IMG/VR virus record: IMGVR_UViG_3300017761_005195
Strand: one strand, 5' to 3'
Origin: an uncultured virus (IMG/VR IMGVR_UViG_3300017761_005195)
Taxonomy: Duplodnaviria > Heunggongvirae > Uroviricota > Caudoviricetes
Length of the DNA: 64,000 nucleotides
Shown here: piece by piece, positions 12,023 to 21,642 of the stretch
How positions within the stretch are numbered: the stretch's first letter is position 1
Layout of the letters: each line of letters starts with the position of its first letter
Position numbers and translations under genes: made by a program
Notes under the pieces: model-generated
Told to the model about the DNA's origin: nothing
Database searches by the model: none
Seen by the model: the letters and a program-made list of their open reading frames with translations, nothing else

Positions 12023-12181
12023 ATGAATTTTGAAAGTCTGATTGAAATACTGAATAATAAAATTAATTATTTGAATAACTTGCGTATTACTTTGGTAAAC
12101 ATAGGTGACATTGCGGAAATAACCAGAGTAGATTTGGAGATAGAAGATATAAGAGCTATTCTAGTAAAGCTAGAGAGTTAA
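12023..12181 (+). CDS. small helical protein, possible fibre assembly factor
   Basis: 52 aa ORF (MNFESLIEILNNKINYL...) directly after the fibre genes; not in the ORF track. Confidence 0.5.
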   Translation: MNFESLIEILNNKINYLNNLRITLVNIGDIAEITRVDLEIEDIRAILVKLES

Positions 12182-12183
12182 TT

Positions 12184-12396
12184 TTAACTAAGTAGTTTAT
12201 CTATTTTTTCCTCTCTATGTTGGTCTTTGAATATACTATCATATTGACTGATAGGTACTAAATCATTTAGATTGAAATAGGATTGGTTAAAAGATTCAGT
12301 GAGCCAAACACATTCAGCAATACTATTTTCGATAGAAATAACTCTCATTTTATTGCCTCCTGTGTTTTTTATTACTATCTCACCAACCTTCACCAT
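12184..12396 (-). CDS. YodC/DUF2158-like small protein
   Basis: VGEIV...TGGNKMRV...ECVW pattern; C-terminal REEKIDKLL. Confidence 0.55.
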   Translation of the reverse strand: MVKVGEIVIKNTGGNKMRVISIENSIAECVWLTESFNQSYFNLNDLVPISQYDSIFKDQHREEKIDKLLS

Positions 12397-12658
12397 TTTT
12401 AAGAATTTCATTTATCAACTCATCCCTTAATTTTTCAACTGGTATGAGATAATTTTTATTCACCTTTGTAATACGAAGTTCTTTTTCATCTAACCCTTGA
12501 ACAAATAAATCATCATTTTCAACTTTTAGAACTTTATAACTTACACCAAATGATAAAGACCTTGGGTGACCATTCTCCTTCTTCCTAACCAATTTAACAA
12601 TGTCCCCTTGTTCATATTTGAAGTATCTATCTTTAACCCAAGCTTTTGATTTCATCAC
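12380..12658 (-). CDS. hypothetical SH3-like protein
   Basis: 92 aa; C-terminal RDELINEIL. Confidence 0.6.
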   Translation of the reverse strand: MMKSKAWVKDRYFKYEQGDIVKLVRKKENGHPRSLSFGVSYKVLKVENDDLFVQGLDEKELRITKVNKNYLIPVEKLRDELINEILKNGEGW

Positions 12659-12661
12659 ATA

Positions 12662-13480
12662 TCAATAATTCATTATTAAAAGTTCTGTTGCTTTGGATTG
12701 TTCTTTACCAGCAGTTGCCATTGATGCCTTTGCAAACTGTCTATTAGCCCAAGCATATTTATTTGAGGGGAACCACTCTGCTAAGTTATCAAAGTAATAA
12801 TAACTCAATGAAAACTTACCATCTATGGATTTCAAAACCCTAGCAAGTCTTTCGTGTGTTGTAATGCCGAACTCATGATTTGCATAATAGTTTTCTGTTT
12901 TATAATATGGTGGATCACAATAGAAATAAGTATTCGGACTATCGTATTTTGTTATTACATCCTCAAAATCTAGATTCTCAACAACTGTAATCTTTTCAAA
13001 AAATGCTTGCCATTTCTTACTATTCAACTTGTTTTTGAAAGAATCAAACTTGGAAGTGTACTTACCCTTCAAGTCAATGAACTTACCCCTTTCTGGATTT
13101 GTACCAGACCAAACTTGGGTAAGTAAATATAAATACTTACAAGCCGAATGATAATCAGGAATAGTTAAATCAATCTTGAAATTTGGATCAAATAACTCTT
13201 TTTGAAATTGATTAAAGAGTTCTTTATTTTGAGAATCATATCCCTTTATAACCTCATTAAATTTTTTATGATCTTTCAAACAATTGAATACATTAACATT
13301 CAATGGATTGAAGTCATTGTAAACAACTGTTTTTAGATTTTTATATTTTGGTAGGTCTAAACAAAAGAATGTCCAATACATTCCTCCGAAACACTCAACG
13401 TATGTTTCAATATCATTTGGAATGTAGTTTCTAATCCATTTCCCTATTCTTGATTTTCCTCCTATGTAACTTACTGGCAT
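12662..13480 (-). CDS. dam: DNA adenine methyltransferase (D12 class)
   Basis: YIGGKS, YVECFGG, VYNDFN and catalytic DPPY. Confidence 0.9.
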   Translation of the reverse strand: MPVSYIGGKSRIGKWIRNYIPNDIETYVECFGGMYWTFFCLDLPKYKNLKTVVYNDFNPLNVNVFNCLKDHKKFNEVIKGYDSQNKELFNQFQKELFDPNFKIDLTIPDYHSACKYLYLLTQVWSGTNPERGKFIDLKGKYTSKFDSFKNKLNSKKWQAFFEKITVVENLDFEDVITKYDSPNTYFYCDPPYYKTENYYANHEFGITTHERLARVLKSIDGKFSLSYYYFDNLAEWFPSNKYAWANRQFAKASMATAGKEQSKATELLIMNY

Positions 13481-14067
13481 TAGTTTGATTTTTGTTTTAA
13501 TTCTACAATCCTATCTCTAAGTTGTGATGCTATCTCATATTCTTCATTTTCAATTGCTTTATTCAACATCTTCTCAAGATTATCAACACTAATAACTGAT
13601 GCATAGCTTCTATCTTTATGATTTTCCTCTATTTGATCCTCGGTCATTGTTCCATCATCATCCATTTCAATTGCAGCCATATCCAAAACTTCTTTACTAC
13701 ATAAGATCGGACATTTATATAAAGCGGCCAATGATAGAGCATCTCCAATGACACAATCAATCTCAAATTCATCTATCATGTTGTGATATACTAGTTTAGC
13801 ATAGAATATACCTTCTAGTATATGTGTAATTTTGACTTGATATAAGTCTGCTCCTAATTTATCAGTGATTGTTTGGAATAAATCATGAGTAAATGGTCTT
13901 TTAGTTTTCATTTTCTCAATCTTTAAAGCTATGTATTGTGCATATTCTTGATTGATAATTATGGGTAATTTTTTCTTACCCCTTTTCTCAGAAAGAACTA
14001 ATACATAAGAACCAACTTGGGTTTGACTATATGATAGTCCAATAATTTTGAGTTCTACTAATTTCAT
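13480..14067 (-). CDS. bifunctional nuclease family (DUF151) with UVR domain
   Basis: LPIII, RPFTHDLF, EGIFYAKL; C-terminal A..NEEYE.A..LRD UVR motif. Confidence 0.85.
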   Translation of the reverse strand: MKLVELKIIGLSYSQTQVGSYVLVLSEKRGKKKLPIIINQEYAQYIALKIEKMKTKRPFTHDLFQTITDKLGADLYQVKITHILEGIFYAKLVYHNMIDEFEIDCVIGDALSLAALYKCPILCSKEVLDMAAIEMDDDGTMTEDQIEENHKDRSYASVISVDNLEKMLNKAIENEEYEIASQLRDRIVELKQKSN

Positions 14068-14101
14068 AATATTTTTATTTAATAAAAGTTAAAAGTTTTA
14101 T

Positions 14102-14761
14102 TTAATCTTGAAGTAATAAATCCGCCGCTGAACTAGCAGCATAAGCTTTTGGTTTGGACCAAACTCTATATCCCATCCCCCTCAACCAAGGAACGAAGCT
14201 TTTATAAGATACATTTGATTTATTAACTGAATAACCACGAGAATCTAACTTACCCTCAAATGGGTTGAAGTCAACATGGATATCTACAAGTTTAAAATCT
14301 TGTACTTTCTCATGTTCTGTTAGGGATAAGTTCCTAGTAAAGTCTAACTCATTCATCAATGTTAGTTGAGTATAATCACCATTACATTGATTTAAATGGA
14401 ACTTATATTTCCTTCTTTCAATCATAGTCAAATCTTGTCTTGTATAAAAAGTTTCTAATTCTGATTGTAAGAAGTCAGCAACTTCTTGTACAATCTCTAC
14501 TTCTTTCTGCAGTCTATCAAAGTTATCCCTAACCTTTTGAATGTTTTGTCTAAAAAATACTAAGTGTGCACCATTTTTATAATCTTCATTATACATCATT
14601 AATGTAACAGCATAGATAGTTTTCCTTCTTCTTTGTACAGAATCACATCCAACACTAATTGTTACATTGGGATTTATACTTACATAGTCTTTAAGATATT
14701 GAACAATATCCGGTATAAAATCTCCCCCGAACTTTTTAAATCTTTCCCTAAGTGGTTTCAT
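14102..14761 (-). CDS. RNase H-like YkuK/DUF458 family protein
   Basis: VGCDS, RL.KEV, IHVDFN, KP.AYAASSAAD. Confidence 0.8.
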   Translation of the reverse strand: MKPLRERFKKFGGDFIPDIVQYLKDYVSINPNVTISVGCDSVQRRRKTIYAVTLMMYNEDYKNGAHLVFFRQNIQKVRDNFDRLQKEVEIVQEVADFLQSELETFYTRQDLTMIERRKYKFHLNQCNGDYTQLTLMNELDFTRNLSLTEHEKVQDFKLVDIHVDFNPFEGKLDSRGYSVNKSNVSYKSFVPWLRGMGYRVWSKPKAYAASSAADLLLQD

Positions 14762-14792
14762 AAGTATTCTAATATAAATTGTTTTTAAGTTT

Positions 14793-14822
14793 AAAAAAGT
14801 CCCTCAATAATGAGGGACTTTT
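14793..14822. terminator. intrinsic terminator
   Basis: AAAAAAGTCCCTCA-ATAA-TGAGGGACTTTT hairpin after the AAA ATPase gene. Confidence 0.8.
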
Positions 14823-14826
14823 AAGA

Positions 14827-15993
14827 TTACTTATCAGAAGATTTCTTATCAGTAGGTTTGTTAATCCTTTTGATGTTGACAAGAACATCACGGAAACTCT
14901 GCATAAACTTCTTAACCTTCGCATCTGACACATCAGGTACATTATCAAGTACGTGAAGTAGATAAGCTGTTAGTTCATCTTCACCAACCCTATTGAGGAA
15001 CTTGGTCACATTAGCCAGTTGCTTATCAGACATCTTCTTAATGTCATGTTCTTTCAGAGAGTTGATAAGTTCAGAGTTCTTATCTCTGTTGTACTTATCC
15101 AATTCCTTCTCAACCTTATCATAACGGTCGATGATGTCTTGGATGGTAATGTTCACCATTTCTTGACAATATTGGAGAAACCTCTGAGCTGAGTTGCCAA
15201 TATAACCGTGAGCCACTTCTTGAACATAAGGTAGGAACTCTCTTGGTGAACAATCCTTACCAAAGTTCTTGGTGATAAACTCACTCAAGAATGTCCAAGA
15301 ACGAGGGGTGGCATATGCCTTAGTGTTCTCAGTTGGGTTTTGATAAAGCTTCTCAGGATAAGCCTTGATGTAGGAAAGAATAACACTGTGGACATTGTCC
15401 TTAGCAAACCCATCAATCCATTCGTCAGCACCAAGTGTGTGTGAGAAGTGAATAAGTCTGTTGTTCAAAGCGTTATCGAACTCTTCTACATCAGTTCCAT
15501 CTTCATCACCCAAGTTGCCAGATGCCATCATAAGAACTGTACCATTGAACTTGAAGTCTCCAATCTGACGCTCAAGTAGGATTTGAAGAGCTGCGTTCCT
15601 AACAAATTGTGGAGCTCTGTTCAACTCTTCAAAGTGAATGATAGTAGGTTGTTGATTAGCTTCGAATGCCCATTCTGGTACAGCGTACCCCGATACTTTG
15701 ATATCTTTGCCATCATAGTTGGCGTCTTTTAGGAAAGGGAATTTAAAGTCTGTTTCATCAGCCATTGATAAACGTAGGTCCATATAACGGAATCCCATCT
15801 TATCAGCGATGGTCCTAGCAATTGCTGACTTAGCAATACCTGGTTTGGAAGTTATGTATAGAACACCAGACTTTGGCCACATAGTCATAAAGTATTTACG
15901 CTCACGGGCGGTTAGTGTTGATAGGATGTCGCGCATTTCTTGTGACATTACATCTGTTTGAGGGGCGGTGGTAATATTTACGAAGTTTGTCAT
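14827..15993 (-). CDS. MoxR-type AAA+ ATPase
   Basis: Walker A variant SKPGIAKS, Walker B variant FEELNRA, ALNNR, TPRSW; start moved to MTNFVNI downstream of the promoter. Confidence 0.85.
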   Translation of the reverse strand: MTNFVNITTAPQTDVMSQEMRDILSTLTARERKYFMTMWPKSGVLYITSKPGIAKSAIARTIADKMGFRYMDLRLSMADETDFKFPFLKDANYDGKDIKVSGYAVPEWAFEANQQPTIIHFEELNRAPQFVRNAALQILLERQIGDFKFNGTVLMMASGNLGDEDGTDVEEFDNALNNRLIHFSHTLGADEWIDGFAKDNVHSVILSYIKAYPEKLYQNPTENTKAYATPRSWTFLSEFITKNFGKDCSPREFLPYVQEVAHGYIGNSAQRFLQYCQEMVNITIQDIIDRYDKVEKELDKYNRDKNSELINSLKEHDIKKMSDKQLANVTKFLNRVGEDELTAYLLHVLDNVPDVSDAKVKKFMQSFRDVLVNIKRINKPTDKKSSDK

Positions 15994-16019
15994 ATTCTTA
16001 TTTGATTTTTTTTGTTTCA

Positions 16020-16050
16020 CAAAGGTAATACTTTTATTTAGATTTGTCAA
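16020..16050 (-). promoter_or_regulatory. Bacteroidota sigma70-type promoter
   Basis: TTGACA...TACCTTTG on minus strand (TAnnTTTG -7 box). Confidence 0.7.
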
Positions 16051-16065
16051 GGGTTTTTTTAAAAA

Positions 16066-16689
16066 TTATCCCTTAACTACTTCTACATTTTTAAGGGATA
16101 CTACTGGCTTAACTTCTTCCATAATCTCACCAATCGGGCCATAGAACTTCATCTTATCAATAGTTCCTTTAGAGATTGAATAAGACGTAGAAGCCTTGAT
16201 AATTTTTTCTTTATCAGAGTCAGAGATACTTTTAGAACTCATAATCAAGTTTGAAAGTACTTCACCATATTTCTCAATCATATCATTATCAAATGAGAAT
16301 GTAGTTTTTTCCTCAATGATGTCTTGACCATATTTCTCAATCAATACCTCAGCCTTATCAGCATTTACTGTGATGTACTTATCTGAGGGAACAAACATAA
16401 CTTGAGCGACTTGTTCGTTTACGATTGATTCCACGAAGATTGAACCAGGATTTTTACCAGTTTTCTCATAGAGACGAACCCACTCCTCCTTAGAGAGATC
16501 TTTGATTTCATCAGCCAACATATCAGCTTGAGCCTTATCGGACTTCATCCGATCTTGAAGGATTTCAAGTTTATAAACTTTGGTGAAGAAGTCTGGATCA
16601 TTTAGATCTACACGAACTTTTTCATCTTTTTTTGCTGCCGTCTTAGGAGCTACTGATTTTGCTGAGGAGAAGAGATTTTTTGTTGCCAT
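16066..16689 (-). CDS. hypothetical protein
   Basis: 207 aa; own TACCTTTG promoter at 16718-16725. Confidence 0.75.
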   Translation of the reverse strand: MATKNLFSSAKSVAPKTAAKKDEKVRVDLNDPDFFTKVYKLEILQDRMKSDKAQADMLADEIKDLSKEEWVRLYEKTGKNPGSIFVESIVNEQVAQVMFVPSDKYITVNADKAEVLIEKYGQDIIEEKTTFSFDNDMIEKYGEVLSNLIMSSKSISDSDKEKIIKASTSYSISKGTIDKMKFYGPIGEIMEEVKPVVSLKNVEVVKG

Positions 16690-16762
16690 ATTTTTTGTAG
16701 TGTTTCTGATTACAATACAAAGGTAAGCGTTTTTTTGGGATTGTCAATACTTTTTTTGAAAA

Positions 16763-17092
16763 TTATACAGAAAAACTTTCACCACATCCGCAAACACGCT
16801 CGGCATTTGGATTCCTAAACTCAAATCCTTTACCATTCAATCCATCTGAATGATCTAATTCAGTTCCTAATAGGTATAGAAGACTTTTTTTATCACAAAC
16901 AATCTTGACACCTTTATCTTCAAACTCTTGGTCACCTGATTTTATTTCACTATCAAAATCTAAAACATATGATAGACCAGAACAACCACCACCTTTAACA
17001 CCAACTCTTATAAAACTTGTAGTTGGATCTAAATTACTTTCTGAGAAAAGTTTAAGTGCTTTCTCTTTTGCACTTTCAGTTAGTGTAATCAT
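16763..17092 (-). CDS. iscA: A-type Fe-S cluster carrier (HesB/IscA)
   Basis: GVKGGGCSG and NPNA...CGCGESF. Confidence 0.92.
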   Translation of the reverse strand: MITLTESAKEKALKLFSESNLDPTTSFIRVGVKGGGCSGLSYVLDFDSEIKSGDQEFEDKGVKIVCDKKSLLYLLGTELDHSDGLNGKGFEFRNPNAERVCGCGESFSV

Positions 17093-17094
17093 AA

Positions 17095-17370
17095 TTAAAA
17101 CTCATCTTCTCCATAGTAATCCTCATCCTCATCATAGTCATCATCTTCATCATAAGGTTCATAATCAAGATAATCTATAACATCATTATCATGGAAGAAT
17201 AAAATCAATTCCTTTGTTTGCTTTTCTGAAAGACTGATATCCTTTATCTTTATGACTTCAGAATCAACAACTTCAAATACAATCATTTCTTCATTCTGTA
17301 ATTCCTCTAGATAATCCATGACAACATTCCTATCATAACATTCATCTAAACTATAATATTTACTTAACAT
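17095..17370 (-). CDS. hypothetical acidic protein
   Basis: D/E-rich tail; coupled to the upstream gene. Confidence 0.6.
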   Translation of the reverse strand: MLSKYYSLDECYDRNVVMDYLEELQNEEMIVFEVVDSEVIKIKDISLSEKQTKELILFFHDNDVIDYLDYEPYDEDDDYDEDEDYYGEDEF

Positions 17371-17371
17371 T

Positions 17372-18112
17372 TTATAATTCTTTAAATTTTTTTTCAATTA
17401 CCACATCAGATAGAATTGGTAATTTCTCATTATCTTGCCATTTACCAGTTATGAAAAACTGATTGTCTATAAAAGCTACTGTTAGATAATCATTCTCACC
17501 ACATCTAAAAGTAGCTGTGGTATCATTTATTTGAATAGGTTCAATAAGTTTGAAAATATCAAAATCAAAATTCTTAATCCCCTTTACAAATTCAAATGTT
17601 TCTCCTTCCTTATAATATGCATTTTTCAACTTTCTCAAAAATGGTTCATTCAATTTAACCAATTCATTCTTTCTAACACCATGTACATCTTTATGTTTGA
17701 AACCAAGTGTTATATGGAAATCTTGTTCTGGTAAGTTATACATCTTTCTTACCTCATCTAATAAATCAGATTTACACACTACAAAGTAAGCAGTATTCTC
17801 ATTCTTTTGAGCCTTACCAAGACCCATAAGTTTCAAATCATCTATTTGTGCTTTTAATATACCATCCAATGAGTTAATAAACTTATCCATTCCATTTTCT
17901 TGGGATAGTCTGTTGTAATCAATAACATTTATTACTGTTATGTGATATCCATCAGAATCTCTTTTCTTTTGGTTAGAAGTATATTCCTCATACTGATCAC
18001 CCAAAATATCTTTTAATTGCCCAAGGAATGGTTGAACCTCTGTTTCTTGTATCTTAATACCCAAGTAATTTGAACTAAGAGTATCTTTCAAGTGTGTAAT
18101 ATTATATTTCAT
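17372..18112 (-). CDS. 2H phosphoesterase (RNA-repair-associated type)
   Basis: RD...YHITVI and QDFHITLGF..KDVHG motifs. Confidence 0.75.
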   Translation of the reverse strand: MKYNITHLKDTLSSNYLGIKIQETEVQPFLGQLKDILGDQYEEYTSNQKKRDSDGYHITVINVIDYNRLSQENGMDKFINSLDGILKAQIDDLKLMGLGKAQKNENTAYFVVCKSDLLDEVRKMYNLPEQDFHITLGFKHKDVHGVRKNELVKLNEPFLRKLKNAYYKEGETFEFVKGIKNFDFDIFKLIEPIQINDTTATFRCGENDYLTVAFIDNQFFITGKWQDNEKLPILSDVVIEKKFKEL

Positions 18113-18169
18113 TAGATTATATATTATTTGGAAAAATCATTTTAATCAATATATTTTAATATATAACAT

Positions 18170-18412
18170 ATGAAATGGTTAAAGTTATTTGAAGATTTTA
18201 AAGATTCGAAAGTTTCAGTAGATGATATAATAGAATGTATAGAAAAGGGTGGTTCTATCTATGCTCAGATTGTAAAAGAATACCCTGATAATGACCCAGA
18301 AAATCCAATAAAGCCTGTAAATATAGACGAAGATGGTTCAATAACTGTTGAGATAGATGGAAACCATTATGAGGTGGAATTAAAAGATGTAGATAGAATT
18401 GACTACGAATGA
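18170..18412 (+). CDS. hypothetical protein with MKWLKLFEDF leader
   Basis: 80 aa, TAATATATA upstream. Confidence 0.7.
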   Translation: MKWLKLFEDFKDSKVSVDDIIECIEKGGSIYAQIVKEYPDNDPENPIKPVNIDEDGSITVEIDGNHYEVELKDVDRIDYE

Positions 18413-18930
18413 AATATTTAAAAAGATTTAATGAGGATATAAAAATCCCAATTATTAGTCAAGATGTAAAGAAGTTATTTCCCAAAAAACTTTCTATAAG
18501 TACGTCAAATGGTGAATTTGAATTAGTTATTTCAGATTATGTTATTAATCTACCAAAAATATATACAGCATATCACCATTTCACACCGGAAAAAACTGGT
18601 GATGCTCTATCTGATGGAGAACCAGATTACTTATGTATCGACCTAAACTTTATGAAAGTTGATAAGAGTTTTGAAATAAATGTTGAAATAACTTATGGAG
18701 ATGCTATGATGTTTGAATTTAAAGTTAGTAATGGTAAAGTAGATGTTTTCCACTATAACGGTTATGGATCTAAGTTTGATCCTGGTTATGAGTTTTCATT
18801 CTATGAGGAATCTATACAAGATTTATTAAGACTATTTAATAGATTTGGATTTGGGTTATCAAGAGATAACTTTAATTTCTTAGACTCTGATAAATCATCA
18901 TATGATACAAGAAAAAATGGGGGTCAATAA
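18409..18930 (+). CDS. hypothetical protein with MKYLKRFNE leader
   Basis: 173 aa, ATGA overlap with previous gene. Confidence 0.7.
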   Translation: MKYLKRFNEDIKIPIISQDVKKLFPKKLSISTSNGEFELVISDYVINLPKIYTAYHHFTPEKTGDALSDGEPDYLCIDLNFMKVDKSFEINVEITYGDAMMFEFKVSNGKVDVFHYNGYGSKFDPGYEFSFYEESIQDLLRLFNRFGFGLSRDNFNFLDSDKSSYDTRKNGGQ

Positions 18931-18942
18931 CCCCCATTTTTA
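18912..18942. terminator. bidirectional terminator
   Basis: AAAAATGGGGGT...ACCCCCATTTTT between convergent genes. Confidence 0.75.
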
Positions 18943-20355
18943 TTAATCATCTACACTAACTTTAATTTGTTTCAATTTACCATTTGACTTACTGATTGGT
19001 ACATCGACTCCTATTGATATAATCAAAACATTACCAGTCAATTTTGAGATGTCAAGACTATCACAATATCCATCAGTAATAATCAGAGTATTGTATTGAT
19101 TGAAGTTATCCTCGACATACTTTACAGCTGGCATCAACATAGTTCCACCAAGTCCTGCGATTCTGATACTTTCAAGTTTCTTCTTGGACTTGATACTCTC
19201 AACCCATTTAACATCTGTATCAGCTTCAATCAAGTTTACCTCAATATCATTTCTGTAGATATAAGACAGAACCCTTTCAAATGTTCCACCCATTGAACCA
19301 GATGTATCAAGGATACAATTAATCTTGTTCTTGATTTTCTTATTACCCTTTACACCAAAGATACCACGTCTGTTTGGTCTAGATATAGTTCTTGTCTTGG
19401 TAGTTCCAAACAACTCATTTGATATAGTTCTTTTGATATACTTTAGGTAATCTTTTCTTTGCTTTCTCAATTTACCAAGAGTCTGCTCGATGTTTCCACC
19501 TTCAAGTCCACGAGCTTGTAGTCTTTCCATAGCGTCCTTAACTATAGACTCACGCATTTCTTCTGGGATTTCATCACCCAAGTGTTGGTCCAGGTACTGA
19601 CCTTGGTTCTTATCCAAGTTGTCTAAGATTTGATCCAAAGACCAAGTATCAATGGTTTCAGAATCATTCCTTGGGTTCTTACCATAAGGACCATATGAAT
19701 CTCCACCTGATGAATCTTTTCCTGGTTGATTACCACTACCATTACAATCATCACAAGGATCGTTTCCTTTTCCATCACCATCTTGTTTATCTTGTGGTTG
19801 ACCTTGACCATCTTGTTTCTCACCAGTTCCTTTACAAGATTTACACTGACCATCTTTCTTTTGTTGCTTCTCACGCTTTTCCTTTTCATCGCGCAACCAC
19901 TCATAGATTTCCTCAAAGATAAGTTTACCTTTATACTCTTTAGGAACAAATAAAGCCATATTCTTACCATCTTTATCCTTTGGGATTTCAACAAATGTAT
20001 GTGGAATATCTTCCCAAATGATGTGATTGATAATCATATCTTGAGCAATGTTTGACAACTTTGGATCATATTGACCAGTAATAGTACGCTTTGGGTGGTT
20101 CCAAAGTAAGTGAAAATCTTCATGTAAGGTAATGAAGTTAACTTCTTTTTGAGAAAGGTTTTGTAAGAACTCTGAGTTATAATAGAAGTTCATACCCTTT
20201 GCAGTCATATTAACAGCACAAGTGTCAATATCCTTTCTTTCATTAAAAGAAACAAAAAGGTTGAAATTTCCATAATAAGGAAGATTTACTTTAGTGTCAA
20301 TCAACATGGTTTGGATTGACTCCATTAGTTTTTCGTGTATATTCTTGATGTGCAT
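18943..20355 (-). CDS. metallopeptidase-like/VWA domain protein (DUF2201 type), MoxR partner
   Basis: HEDFH (HExxH), NIAQD..IN, MIDAS DTSGSM, GGT, TDG; two CxxCxGxG motifs. Confidence 0.85.
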   Translation of the reverse strand: MHIKNIHEKLMESIQTMLIDTKVNLPYYGNFNLFVSFNERKDIDTCAVNMTAKGMNFYYNSEFLQNLSQKEVNFITLHEDFHLLWNHPKRTITGQYDPKLSNIAQDMIINHIIWEDIPHTFVEIPKDKDGKNMALFVPKEYKGKLIFEEIYEWLRDEKEKREKQQKKDGQCKSCKGTGEKQDGQGQPQDKQDGDGKGNDPCDDCNGSGNQPGKDSSGGDSYGPYGKNPRNDSETIDTWSLDQILDNLDKNQGQYLDQHLGDEIPEEMRESIVKDAMERLQARGLEGGNIEQTLGKLRKQRKDYLKYIKRTISNELFGTTKTRTISRPNRRGIFGVKGNKKIKNKINCILDTSGSMGGTFERVLSYIYRNDIEVNLIEADTDVKWVESIKSKKKLESIRIAGLGGTMLMPAVKYVEDNFNQYNTLIITDGYCDSLDISKLTGNVLIISIGVDVPISKSNGKLKQIKVSVDD

Positions 20356-20411
20356 AATTCTTGTTCTGATTTATAATACAAAGATAGAGGAAAAAATCAG
20401 AAAGTCAAAAA

Positions 20412-21092
20412 TTATTTCAAAGAAATTTCCTCATTACTTGGTGTCCAAGAAATCTCAATAAATCCTTCTTTGAAGACTGTCCAGTTAACTCCTTCAATTG
20501 AATTGATTTGAGATTCAATCTTAAACATATCACTAATCTTGATGTCTGAATTATGATTTAAAGTAATAATTCTATCAGAAACTGTTGTGAAAGCACTCTC
20601 ATTAGAAATTACCATAACATTGTGAGATTTAACTTCAACATTAAAATTACTTAAAAAATCACATATAACATCAATTTTTGTCTTTTGTTCTATTTCTTCA
20701 TCAAAAGAAACATCTTCATTGATCATATCAACAATAGGTTCAAGGTTAAAGATATAATCTTCACTAACCCTTCTTTCTTCTACTATATTTGTAATGTCTT
20801 TTGATAAATCTTCAATAGGTGATACTCTATCTAACCAGATACCACTTTCAACTAATGGGTTAGTGGAATAAGACCATCTAACTTGCTCTTGTAATAAGTC
20901 TGGTTGGTTAATAATAACTTTAGCTTCAAGTCTTTTAAATTCTTTAAACTCTTTCAAATAAACTACTTTATTTGCTGATATCTCGAAATACCCAGTTTTA
21001 TAATATTTTTCTTTAATGAAAACATTTTCAAAAACTTGTTTAAGTTCAAAGTCAATTTTATTGATTCTAGATTTTACTTCTGGGTTAATCAT
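20412..21092 (-). CDS. hypothetical protein
   Basis: 226 aa ORF. Confidence 0.7.
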   Translation of the reverse strand: MINPEVKSRINKIDFELKQVFENVFIKEKYYKTGYFEISANKVVYLKEFKEFKRLEAKVIINQPDLLQEQVRWSYSTNPLVESGIWLDRVSPIEDLSKDITNIVEERRVSEDYIFNLEPIVDMINEDVSFDEEIEQKTKIDVICDFLSNFNVEVKSHNVMVISNESAFTTVSDRIITLNHNSDIKISDMFKIESQINSIEGVNWTVFKEGFIEISWTPSNEEISLK

Positions 21093-21153
21093 TTTTAGAT
21101 TATTTATTTTTTATCTTGTATATATTTATATATTAAACCCCTAAAACAAAAAA

Positions 21154-21639
21154 TCAACCCATAACAGGTTGATTTCTTTTTTGTCTCCTCAATACGTCTT
21201 CTTGTTGAAACAACAACTTATCTAGATCATTGTGAATAGATTCTCTCTTTTCAGATTGTCCCAATAACATTCTCCTCTCATTTTCTGTATCAAATAATTC
21301 AATAAGATTGGATGATGACCTATTACCAAATCTTATTTCATATAAACAACTTTTATTGTTATCGACATCCATAATAGTCATCATAGAATCCATTTCATTT
21401 AATGGAGACATTATGATTAACATATTATCTCTTTCAATTTGTCTAATCTTATTTACCATTGAACAAGAAATAACACTATCATTATCTCTCAAAAGTAATT
21501 TCCATAGTTTAGCTGACTTAACTTGAATTGGTAAATTATCATGTGATTCTCTACTTTCAGTTACTTTATCCTTTAAAGACCTACAGTATTCCTTTGTCTT
21601 AATGTATTTTCTTAATAAAAATATTTTAAATGATTTCAT
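21154..21639 (-). CDS. hypothetical protein
   Basis: 161 aa ORF. Confidence 0.65.
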   Translation of the reverse strand: MKSFKIFLLRKYIKTKEYCRSLKDKVTESRESHDNLPIQVKSAKLWKLLLRDNDSVISCSMVNKIRQIERDNMLIIMSPLNEMDSMMTIMDVDNNKSCLYEIRFGNRSSSNLIELFDTENERRMLLGQSEKRESIHNDLDKLLFQQEDVLRRQKRNQPVMG

Positions 21640-21642
21640 TTC

